A DNA stretch of 64,000 bases, taken from NCBI GenBank assembly GCA_000091205.1, contig AP006495.2; one strand, written 5' to 3'. This DNA comes from Cyanidioschyzon merolae (Eukaryota). The position numbers and the translations under genes were made by a program. This document shows, one piece after another, positions 11,370 through 20,676 of this stretch (positions are counted from its first letter, which is position 1; the number at the start of each line of letters is the position of its first letter). The notes under the pieces are model-generated. The model was not told the DNA's origin. It made no database searches and was given only the letters and a program-made list of their open reading frames with translations.

Positions 11370-12887
11370 TCAGCTGGTGGAGCGCTCTTCAAAAGAAACG
11401 CTCTTACCGTACCGCGTTCGAAGCAGCTGTTCGTGGTACGCTCTAGCCGACTTCAAAGCTCGGAGATTCTCGTGTTTCTGCTGGTTTCTCCAGCTCGCGT
11501 ATTCGTGGTTCATGTGAATGATGAATCCGTCTCGGAGAACATACATTCGGTAGCCCGCATAATGGAGCTCCTTAATGAAGCTCTGCTTGTTCCAACCGTA
11601 ACCAACGAAGGAATCCTCGTATCGCGGTAGACCATGTCGATAGGCCACGATGTACGGTTCGTAGCCGTCGCGATAGCGCACGCGGTACGGCTTGTGCGGC
11701 TCGTGTTCGGATGTTTCGTTAGCGTCAGCAAGCCAGCGAATGTAATCCGTTGGACCGTGTCCCGGCCAGTACCAGGATACGTGGAAGGGCACAATACGAC
11801 CGGCGCGAGTCTCCGCAACAAGTTCCGCGCGTGTCGCCGGCAACGATGTCTGATGCTCTTCCCGAGCCTGAAGCTTCTCAAAGGCGGGTACAATCAGCAC
11901 GGCCCGACGTTGTTGCATCTCTTCGCGAAGCTCCGGGAATCGTCGAAGCGTCCTCTGAACGCTCTCCACGAGGTTCGGGCTCGGCACAAAATCGACATCC
12001 ACCAGGAACACCCAGTCAGTGCGGGCGTTATCGAGCGCTAGGTTTCGCGCAGCGTTGAACGGGTAGTACGTCGGACGTTCGTAGTCGTCGGCGAGCAGCA
12101 GATGAATATCTACGCGATCAGATCGTCCCTTGGGATACATGTCCAGAACCTGGTGAGATTGGCTGACGTCGGGGAGCACCAGAGCGCAAGATATCGGTGC
12201 TGGCCAGTGCTCAGTGAGCCGGCGCAACTCAGACAACTTGGAGAGGGATGCATGGGTCACAAGCGAAACGTTGATTTCAGTGAGTGCCCGATGTGATCGC
12301 TGGATCTTCTGCGGACCCAGCACATTTTCTAGCTTCAACGTATCCAGAGCCGGTGCACTTGCAGCGACAAAATAGGGAAGCGTGCGCAGCGCCAGCGCTG
12401 TTTGCGACGGCACCGTTCGAGAGGGCGCCTGTCGCGCCTCCGCACACCTCTCATAAAGCGCGTTTTCGAGCTCTTCACATGCGGGAAGTGTCAGCGGTGG
12501 ATCCGTGCCCGCAAGCTGATGCGGGTTATCAATTAAGCGACATAGGTACATGAGGCGAGCAAGCGAGCGCACGCACCGAAAGTATTCTCGTTGTGGACCT
12601 CGTGGCAAGGTATCGCTGTCTCCGAGCCAAACCGCCCGCAAAGCATCACCGTTTGTGGACACCTTTCTCCTAAAAAGAGCATAGTTAAAAGTAGGAACGA
12701 AGCGGACCAAAAAGAACGCGCAGCAGACAAGAGCGATAAGCGCAGCGAGCCCCAGCAGGCGGAGTCGTCGACGCCCCACAGTCCGTCTTGCGCGGCGCTG
12801 CTGATATTCTCTGTCAGGCCACGCTGGCAACCAGCCTTTATGGAGCGCTCTCTCGCTACCATAGTTTTGTACCGTACTGCGAATCAT
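11370..12887 (-). CDS. GT49-family glycosyltransferase (B4GAT1/LARGE-like), type II membrane topology
   Basis: 505-aa ORF with an N-terminal TM anchor (LLGLAALIALVCCAFFLV). It has the GT-A/DxD-like block YYPFNAARNLALDNARTDWVFLVDVDFVPSP and a C-terminal YGWNKQSF...HMNHE block typical of B4GAT1-like enzymes. Confidence 0.65.
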   Translation of the reverse strand: MIRSTVQNYGSERALHKGWLPAWPDREYQQRRARRTVGRRRLRLLGLAALIALVCCAFFLVRFVPTFNYALFRRKVSTNGDALRAVWLGDSDTLPRGPQREYFRCVRSLARLMYLCRLIDNPHQLAGTDPPLTLPACEELENALYERCAEARQAPSRTVPSQTALALRTLPYFVAASAPALDTLKLENVLGPQKIQRSHRALTEINVSLVTHASLSKLSELRRLTEHWPAPISCALVLPDVSQSHQVLDMYPKGRSDRVDIHLLLADDYERPTYYPFNAARNLALDNARTDWVFLVDVDFVPSPNLVESVQRTLRRFPELREEMQQRRAVLIVPAFEKLQAREEHQTSLPATRAELVAETRAGRIVPFHVSWYWPGHGPTDYIRWLADANETSEHEPHKPYRVRYRDGYEPYIVAYRHGLPRYEDSFVGYGWNKQSFIKELHYAGYRMYVLRDGFIIHMNHEYASWRNQQKHENLRALKSARAYHEQLLRTRYGKSVSFEERSTS

Positions 12888-13019
12888 GGTTTTTTATCCG
12901 CTGCATATTCGTGCTGCTAGCTTTGAAGCGAAATGAGGTCTAAATAGGCGGCTTTCGAAGAGAAAACAGCGACGACTACACGAATGCGGATACAGATACC
13001 CACTTGTACTAATTGTACC

Positions 13020-14000
13020 AATATTAAGGTCTATTAGATCCCATTTGTAGAGGATGTGATGGGTGCCGCACCCCGCACAGGTCCAGCGGCCGCGTTTTCG
13101 TTGGATACGCTCGCGTGCGCTCGGCCACCGGGGAAGCAACGAAAGCGCGCTCTATGTTCCTTCATGTCAATGGTACTCCATATCCTGGTGCGTCTCATCA
13201 TATGCTTTTTTGCGGTTTATAGAAGATTTGTTCGAAATGCATTCATTTGAAGAAACAGAGAGAATCCAAGGAAAATTATAGACTGAAATTCGGGGATCCA
13301 GAAGGGCCCTCATCACCGCGTTATACCAGCGAACGAAAAATCCCCTAGTCGCCGACCATCGAGCGAAGAGGAACAAGTGACGAAGAAGCGGAAGCAAAAG
13401 GGAGATAGTCGCCAAAACGGTGATCTCTCGACCGGACGATGACCAGACTCTAGAGGCACATAGGGAACGAGAACCAGGAATCCATGCAAAGGTGACTTCA
13501 ACAGGAGCGAAGAAACGCAAAGAGTTCGTGAGCCGCGACGGAAACGCTGCTATCAATAGCAGACGATTTGCGGCGCTGAACGCGAGAGCCGACGAGCTGA
13601 TGCGATCCAAAATTGCGAGGCAGCGTCTCAGGATCCATGTGTGCCTGGATAACACTGACCCCGATACCAGGATGCGGGTGGAAACACACTGGGAGGCGTC
13701 TGCGCGCGGGTACTCATTTTGCCTCCATTGTCATAGAACGTTTATCGTTTTCCTGACCATATATGGGCAATCACGAATGGGCAAACCGCTGTTCTCGAAG
13801 AAGCGACAGGTGAGCAAGACCGCTGCATTAGCCAGTACGGCTATTTGCACGGGTGATCGCCTACAAATCGCCAAACATACCGGAGCGCTTCGCATCGCAG
13901 GCAACGTAAAAGCAATGTGTGGCTTCTGTTTGCGACATTCTTCTATTCTGCTCTATGACGACGTCGATTTCCATCACGAATGAGCTGTCAAGGAGTACGT
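13020..14000 (+). mobile_element. Internally deleted Fanzor-family element (copy A): 5' segment, then Fanzor 3' end, then partial R1
   Basis: The 5' segment 13020-13420 aligns to 17260-17665 (copy B) and to the minus strand of 49200-49500 upstream of the full copy, for example tgcttttttgcggtttatagaagatttgttcgaaatgc versus gttttttcgcactttataagagaggcgttcaaagtgc. The R1 part is at about 13760-13990. Confidence 0.6.
13420..13760 (+). pseudogene. Fanzor/TnpB-like C-terminal fragment carrying the RuvC-III motif (VSRDGNAAINSRR); no in-frame stop
   Basis: Translation DDDQTLEAHRER...KEFVSRDGNAAINSRRFAALNARADEL aligns to copy B, copy C and the full copy. The 3' block gggtactcattttgcctccattgtcatagaacgtttatcgttttcctgaccatata is conserved. 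Confidence 0.6.
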
Positions 14001-15916
14001 GACAAAAACTGCTCTCGAGCTGCTCCTGGTGAGACCCTTTTTTTCCGATTCAAGCCAGTCGAAGGCGACATCTCTGTTGCCAAACACCGTTTTTGAAGCT
14101 CACGGATCCATCGACGAGTCGTCCGCATCCATGACACTGTCATCCGACGAATTGCTCTTCGGAAAGTCATTCTCTTCCTGAACCATTCCTGAGCTGGTGT
14201 CTCTCAGCTATGCTTGTTTGCGGGAGGGAGCGAAAATGCGCGCCTCGGTCCGTGAACATCGCCCTTGGGAGCCGCTAAAGAGATTGATGCTCAGGAATCG
14301 TGGAGATATATGTAGGAGAAACAGAGTTCTGGAACAAGTTCCACTCAGTGCGTCGAAGGAGATGCTTTAAACGCTCCAGACAGCACATGAGACTCTGTTC
14401 GATTCGCTTGCAGTTTCGGTTGTATGGAGGCAAGAGTCAGGCATTCGCCAACTTGTGCGATAACTTGCAAAAAAGCAAATGGTCGATATCTCGAGTTGTC
14501 ATGCTGTAGTCAATGGCACTGGACGTGCAGTAACGCGCGAGCGCTGCACTCCGATTCCTTTGACGACAGCGTACATGGAGTGCAGGAATCGGCGCTTTCA
14601 GATTTCCTTCCATGAGTTCAGGACGACACCATTGCATCACGGGCGCGGGTGCATGTTGAATCAGGTACAGATGGAGAGCGTGAAACGGATCCGAATGCAC
14701 GAGATGGTGCTCACTAAGCTGAGCGGACGCCAGCTGACGGGGCGATCCCAGGTCCAAGGCTTGCTGTGAGGTGACGCTACCAGCAAACCTGCACACAAGC
14801 ACGTTCTACACCGAGACCCAAAACGCCTCGACCATCATCCGGGGATATCTTTTGCGTCCGAAGCATCCAGCGGCCATATGTCGAGCAAGCCTTCGAGGGT
14901 ATCGTTTGGTGATCAGTGTGGGCATTTTGCTGAAACGCGGAAGGCATGCGATGAAGAAAATCAGTAACCAGGAGAGAGGGGAATGGATTCTTTCGGGAGC
15001 GAGGCACTGGTATTGGACGGTCAGCGATCGAGCACGATTGATCACTATATACATCCGCAACGATTTTCCTTGGCAACTAGTGAACATTAGCAATGTTCAA
15101 TTACTCGATATCACCGTGCATATGCTCGACGCGAACGGCCGTACGATCGCCCCAGACTGCACTGTTACCGTACGACGTTCGTGGTAGCGTCTCCCGCGCT
15201 TTCGCAAGCGATCAGATTTCGCGAGACACCTACCGGGAAGCCTGATCCAGCCTCTACATCATGCCTGGATTCTGGACTGGGGATGGAGGAACGAGGACGC
15301 ATCACCATGTGCGGGGCGCTCCATACTCAACAAACTGGAAGCTTTTGCGCATCCGTCGGAATCTGGTCCGATGCACTGATCCAGTACACACTAAAATAAA
15401 GCAGTGACGATGGAGGGCGGTGCCTTTGACACCGTAAAGCTCGCTTGACAGCGACCGCATGGACAAGAGGGTGAAGTGCGCGGTTCCGCGGCGCGCTCGC
15501 CACGGGAAATGGCGCCCCAAGTGAAAAAGCGGTCAGAACACGTGCTCATACAAGGTCGAATGCGTTGGTTGCTCCCTCGGTTACCGACCAAAACCGCTTA
15601 CCACGATGGCACTTTGCATATCGATGATGTTTATCCAACGTTAGTGACAATGACGCAGTGCAGCGAATCATCTAGAGAATATATCTCTGGTTCCAGTGCA
15701 GACACGCCATCATGAATGCATTCAGTGATGCCCGTCACAATGCGCTTCGCTGGGAACACGCTATCCCCATTCGATGAAGCGCGGTACGGCAGGCCACGTA
15801 GACCTTGAAAACCCTTGCATTTGCTTGGCGCTGCAACACGAATCCGTTCAGGCATCGGAAAAGTGAACCGCTGCAATTCGGCATAGCATGCAGACCTTGA
15901 ACGCTGTCACGAGACG

Positions 15917-17026
15917 TTAGTTCTCTTCACTTGGAACCCCTGAAGCATCGGCTTCGCGAATTTTCTGCTCCAGCGCAGTGACCGTCTCGTCGATCTCACG
16001 AATGACCCTTCCCGAGTGGATGAATACGGCGCTGCGAAGCGCCTCAGACGAAGCGGTCGTCCAGATGCTCTTAGAGGCGCGTCTCATGTGCCAGAGGCTA
16101 CCCACGTGGATGAAGCGACAGGAAACGCCGAATAGAGACATGGACTCCGGTGTTTGTAGCCTGCACGAGTGGATATACGAATCCCATGGAAACCCGCAAG
16201 ACTCCTCTAACGTGGGGATGCACCAAAAATGTTTGAAGCACTGTAAAAAGAAACGCTGTGCGTCGAATCCGACACGATACAAGGCTGGTGATCCGTTTCG
16301 CCAGCTGCCGCGGGATTTGTCTTCGGTCAGCGAGCAGCCGCTCTGAACAGCGAGCAGTTGCTCTCGGGCCAGGTTACGAGCTTCGATTTCAACCTCAGAG
16401 AGCCAGTTGTTTTGGATAGGCACTGCATCCAGCTCCATCAGAAAGATCGCATGGTAATTGTTCCAGATTTGGTTGTGACCGATACTGCAGACAAATGTCA
16501 ACAGCGGCCCGTTAAATCTGCTGGAAATCGTACCAGATTTGGTCATGTTGTACACATCGTGCTCTGGTTTGAGGCCGCAGTCAAGAAAGCGTATCGACCG
16601 GAAGCAGTTCCGACAATAAGCGTTTCTTTCAAATTCATTGACTATTCGTGTACGATCCGTAACGTTCAATGCCCGACTCGTGAGCACAACCAAGTCCGGT
16701 CGGTCTTCCAGGTTTGCTTTGCCGCTGCGTTCCGAGTCCTTTGAGAACAAGCAAGGCGCAGCACCACTCGCGCCTGTGTTCGGTCGCCAATAGCGAAAGT
16801 TGGCCCGCAACGTGACCAGGTCAGCGGAACTGCCCAACGGTACCACAACTGCAAAGAGGCGACTGACCGGCAACCGTTCAGGCGGCTCCTCAACAATGTC
16901 AGTTCCAAGCGGCCTTCTCAGCAGCCATAGCGCAGGGAGCGCTGCACACGTAAACGCAGCAACCAAATACACCGTAAGTAGCAGCTGAGGTTTAAAGCCT
17001 GAGTAGCTGCTGGTCTTGCTTCGCAT
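15917..17026 (-). CDS. Type II membrane protein, possible Golgi glycosyltransferase (family not recognised)
   Basis: An ORF of about 369 aa from the ATG at 17026, with an N-terminal TM anchor (LLLTVYLVAAFTCAALPALWLL) and a luminal domain with an ELDAVP (DxD-like) motif. No confident family match from memory. Confidence 0.35.
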   Translation of the reverse strand: MRSKTSSYSGFKPQLLLTVYLVAAFTCAALPALWLLRRPLGTDIVEEPPERLPVSRLFAVVVPLGSSADLVTLRANFRYWRPNTGASGAAPCLFSKDSERSGKANLEDRPDLVVLTSRALNVTDRTRIVNEFERNAYCRNCFRSIRFLDCGLKPEHDVYNMTKSGTISSRFNGPLLTFVCSIGHNQIWNNYHAIFLMELDAVPIQNNWLSEVEIEARNLAREQLLAVQSGCSLTEDKSRGSWRNGSPALYRVGFDAQRFFLQCFKHFWCIPTLEESCGFPWDSYIHSCRLQTPESMSLFGVSCRFIHVGSLWHMRRASKSIWTTASSEALRSAVFIHSGRVIREIDETVTALEQKIREADASGVPSEEN

Positions 17027-17589
17027 TGTACGTTTTCGCTTCAACTAGGCAAAGAAGCGCTTTTTCTTGTCCCCAGCGCCACCTGCTCTGCGCTCGGGAG
17101 CTTCTGGAGACTATGAATGAAAAGCACGCACAGCACGCTCCTCGGCTCGCAGCGGTTTACCTGAATATTTGGCGTAGCTGTAGTGTGAGCACGTTTTACA
17201 CGCAAAAAAACCTCAGGAAAAGCGAACGTGATAAGTTGTCACGTTACATGGAAATCCGTGTTTCCGTTGATAGACTGCTTTGGGTAGCTTTATGTCATGG
17301 GGATCTGTTTGTGATGCGGCGACGACGACGACGACGACGCGCGCGGCATCTCGTACGGATACACGCTTGCAGTATTTCATCTCAATTGGGTTCCATCATC
17401 ACGCACGTGTCGTCAAATGCTATTTCGCGGTTTATTGCAGAGACATTCAAAGCGCGTTCCGTGGAAGGAATAAAACATCCCAGGGGAATGCACGGACCAA
17501 GTCGGGGACCCCGAAGGATCGTCCTCGCCAGGTGCCAGAAAAAACGAAAAATATCCTCTTGTCATCGAGTTTAGAGCGAAGAAGAGCAA

Positions 17590-17982
17590 GTGACAAAGAA
17601 GAAAAAGATGATGATTCGTGTTGGTAGGCGATTCAACGTGTACGCACGACGGAACGATGACGAGACTATGGTGGCACAGAGGGAACGAGTGCTAGGAATC
17701 CTTACAAGGATGACTTCAAGCATCCTCAATGCACGCAGTGAGCTCGTGAACCGCGACTTGAACACTGCTATCAATACCAGACGATTTTCGGTGCTGAACA
17801 CGAAACCCCAAGAGCTGACGCGAGCCAACTTCGTGGAGCAGCCTCTGATACTCAAAATGTGTAAGGAGAAGCTGGAGCCGATAGCAGGCGGCCGGTCAAA
17901 AAATGGTTGGGTGACGTCTGCGGGTGGGTATTCATATACCCTACATGATCGTGCGAAAACTTTTGTTTCAGTGACCACATAG
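17590..17982 (+). CDS. In-frame internally deleted Fanzor/TnpB-like ORF (130 aa): about 35 N-terminal residues fused to the C-terminal RuvC-III segment
   Basis: MMIRVGRRFNV resembles MVAKAFVLRQF, the N-terminus of the 49166 ORF upstream of the full copy. ERVLGIL...VNRDLNTAINTRRFSVLNTKPQELTRANFVEQPL aligns to aa about 570-630 of the full copy. The stop TAG is at 17980-17982. Confidence 0.5.
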   Translation: MTKKKKMMIRVGRRFNVYARRNDDETMVAQRERVLGILTRMTSSILNARSELVNRDLNTAINTRRFSVLNTKPQELTRANFVEQPLILKMCKEKLEPIAGGRSKNGWVTSAGGYSYTLHDRAKTFVSVTT

Positions 17983-18028
17983 TGCATGTGAATAAATCTG
18001 TTCTGATGTATAGCTCTTCGGGATCCGC

Positions 18029-18952
18029 TTGTCGCGCTTGCTCGAGCGAGATTTCGCGCTTGCGAACGACACCAATGCTACCTGCCTGGCCGTGCTCGGT
18101 TTCATGAGCTCAACGAAAGACCAGAACAGCGTGGGTGAGTTAGAAGACTTGGCCTTATGGGCAGTGGAAGCTCTTACGGTGGCGCTTGTCCCTCCTGACG
18201 ACACGCTATGCTGTCTCGATTCGCGAGCGTTCGGGCTCCTCGGTACGCCTGGAGAAACTGGTTTTCAACACGCGAGCATCATCGAGCAGTTCCGAGACGA
18301 CCTCTCCCGAAATAATAGACCGCACTTGGTCACGAGTGATGCCGGCGTTGAAAACCTCGCTGAACGCAGAGTCGATGGCTGTGTCACTTTCGGCGCCTTA
18401 GACAGCGCTTTCGCCGACGAGGCCTCCTGCGAGTCCGTGCTACGAACAGTCGCCCGCCTGCTGTGCTCAGGTGGAAAGTTCTTTGGTCTCTGTGTGGACA
18501 GCGCAAGCCTATGGACACCACTGCGGAAAGCTTACGAGGCACGACAGACTGGGCGGGCTGCTCCTGCACCCAGCGTCGATATTCGGCTACCGTACCGGGC
18601 AAGCGACGCGAGCTTCTGTATCGCCATGGATCCGGATGCGAATGCACTCTTTCGCTCCGCATACGGACACGTGTTTACGCTGGGCGTGGGCACAAGAACA
18701 AAAGCCTCGTCTCGAAAGTGCTATCTTGTGAACTTTGGAGAACTGATTCGAGTCGCATCACGCGTAGGTCTCGAGTACCGCGAGGCCTTGAACTTGAAGG
18801 ATTTTTGGGAAGAATTTCATCGCCCATTACAGTATTGTGAGGAGATGCGTAGCTTTTACCGACGCTTCCAAGGTCAAAAATTTCGACCAAGTCCAGCGGC
18901 GCTCGAGGGCGCTGCGTATTTCTCCGTATTTGTCTTTGAAGCAGTGTCCTGA
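18029..18952 (+). CDS. Element-borne class I methyltransferase-like protein resembling the C-terminal two-thirds of mRNA cap guanine-N7 methyltransferase (RNMT/Pox_MCEL family); the SAM-binding motif I was not recognised
   Basis: 307-aa intact ORF. The block [39 protein letters not shown] resembles the RNMT block [71 protein letters not shown] resembles [32 protein letters not shown], and [11 protein letters not shown] resembles SIYLVFAFEK. Degenerate paralogous copies of this ORF follow every Fanzor 3' fragment (copies A, C and E). Confidence 0.45.
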   Translation: [307 protein letters not shown]

Positions 18953-20676
18953 GCACATGCATTCCAACCTTTTAACAAATATCGTTTCTGACTAAACGCC
19001 CAATACTGAAAGCTGTAAGCATAAAGGGCCTCTGCCGTCAGAAATCATTGCTCTACCGAATGCATTAGCAGTTCGCTGCCAAGAAGCAACGATGCAGCAA
19101 ACCGACTCTAGAGCGCATCGGCGAGATGGAATCGCGCGGGCAGCGGCATCCGTTGCTCTGACTCTCCCATGTCGCATGTAGTGTTCCTTCTGCTGCTCTC
19201 AGAGCGGCAACAAGTGCTCTTCCATAAACGTGCCCTCATGGTCCACAAGCATGCGTTGACTTGCATCCAGGGTGCATTCAAGGCTTCTCTGAGAGCAGCG
19301 TTCGCACGAGCGATCGCGCGTCCCAGATACCGCTCCAAGCATGTACGAATCTGACTGCAGCTCAGTACTTCAACGTTTCGACCCGGAACGCTAAGGCTTC
19401 GACAACGCATCCACGTCCATCATTAGAGCTCCAGCAACATACTCGATCCGTTATGTACCAGATATGTGCGTCAGTGTTCATCTGGTCTACTGGTATCGCG
19501 GCTCAAAATCAGAGTCGCAAAACACCGCACACTTGCACGCTGCACGCACGCTACTTGCTCAATCCAAGCTCTACTTTATTCGCTGAGCCAGGATTTATGA
19601 GAGCAGCGAAACAGAAAATCGGGTCTTTGAAGGCATTGTTTCTCCAGTGATCACAAGGTCCAACAGCTTGTTCAAAACAGGGGCGGCGCTGGGCTCCAGG
19701 CCCAACGACGGTGCGCCGTCAACGCAACGCGGCCGTTCTGTGAGACGTCGTCGGGACGCCTTTGCGAGCTGCTTTCGAGGTGCAACGAACATCGCGCAAC
19801 GCTTAATTGCTACGCAGACTAGAGCTCGTGCGCAGCTGTTCCAGGTGCGCCTGTGAGCGTCGTGTCAGTACCTGCCACGGCAGCTGGTGCTCTGCCCAGC
19901 GTCATGCGAACAGCGCCAACGCGGCAGCAGAGCACTTGAGTACCCCGAAGACGGGTGCCAGCTGGTCTAACTTGGCGCACTACGCAATTGACACTGCAAG
20001 TTATCGATAAATCTTCAAGTGCAGGAAAGGCACCTGAGCGCTGGAGTCCATAGGTACCGAGCTTCCGAGAAACGACAACCAGTTGACGATAAGAGTCAAG
20101 TCAAAGCATTCAGCGCTCTGTACGCGTCTTTCCTCGCAGGCAACTGCAGTTTACAAACAGCTTCGATCCCCGCGCGTACGTCTCTACCAAAGGTTGCGCT
20201 ATGGTCTCCCAAGTCACTACGACTGCCTCGCAGACGAACGCTTGCTCTCGGGGGACCTGGTGCGGCTCCTCGCGCACCGCTTCCTATCTCGCAGTGCCAC
20301 GGGTCCCAGCGCTTAGTGACGCACCCAGTTCATAAAAAGTCGAAGCAGAGAAAAATTCGTCTCTCCGATCGAAAAGACATCAGCCGGGCTATATTTGGAA
20401 CGTGCAGCGGCTCCCGGTTTGCCACCCAGGGAAGCACACTCCCAGTCTACAGCTCTGAGCATGGCAAGTCGAAGTCCGCGGCCGAGGCACGCAATAGGTC
20501 TCGCGCCGTCCATCAGTCCTTTTTGTGTAATAATAAAACTAAATAATCTATTTGATACCGTTTCCCTTGTGACAACGACCACGAGAGGCAAAACCTGGAC
20601 CTCCGCATCAGCCGAGACCATCCACCGTCACCACTGAAGGCCACCTATTGGTGTTCCCAAACGTCGGGAACACTTC

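Larger units (their letters stand above)
17260..18952 (+). mobile_element. Internally deleted Fanzor-family element (copy B), the best-preserved derivative: 5' segment, then a 130-aa mini-Fanzor ORF, then an intact methyltransferase-like ORF
   Basis: Shares the 5' segment with copy A (...catcgag...agcgaagaRgaRcaagtgacRaagaag...), the Fanzor 3' end with A, C and D, and R1 with A, C, E and F. Confidence 0.6.
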
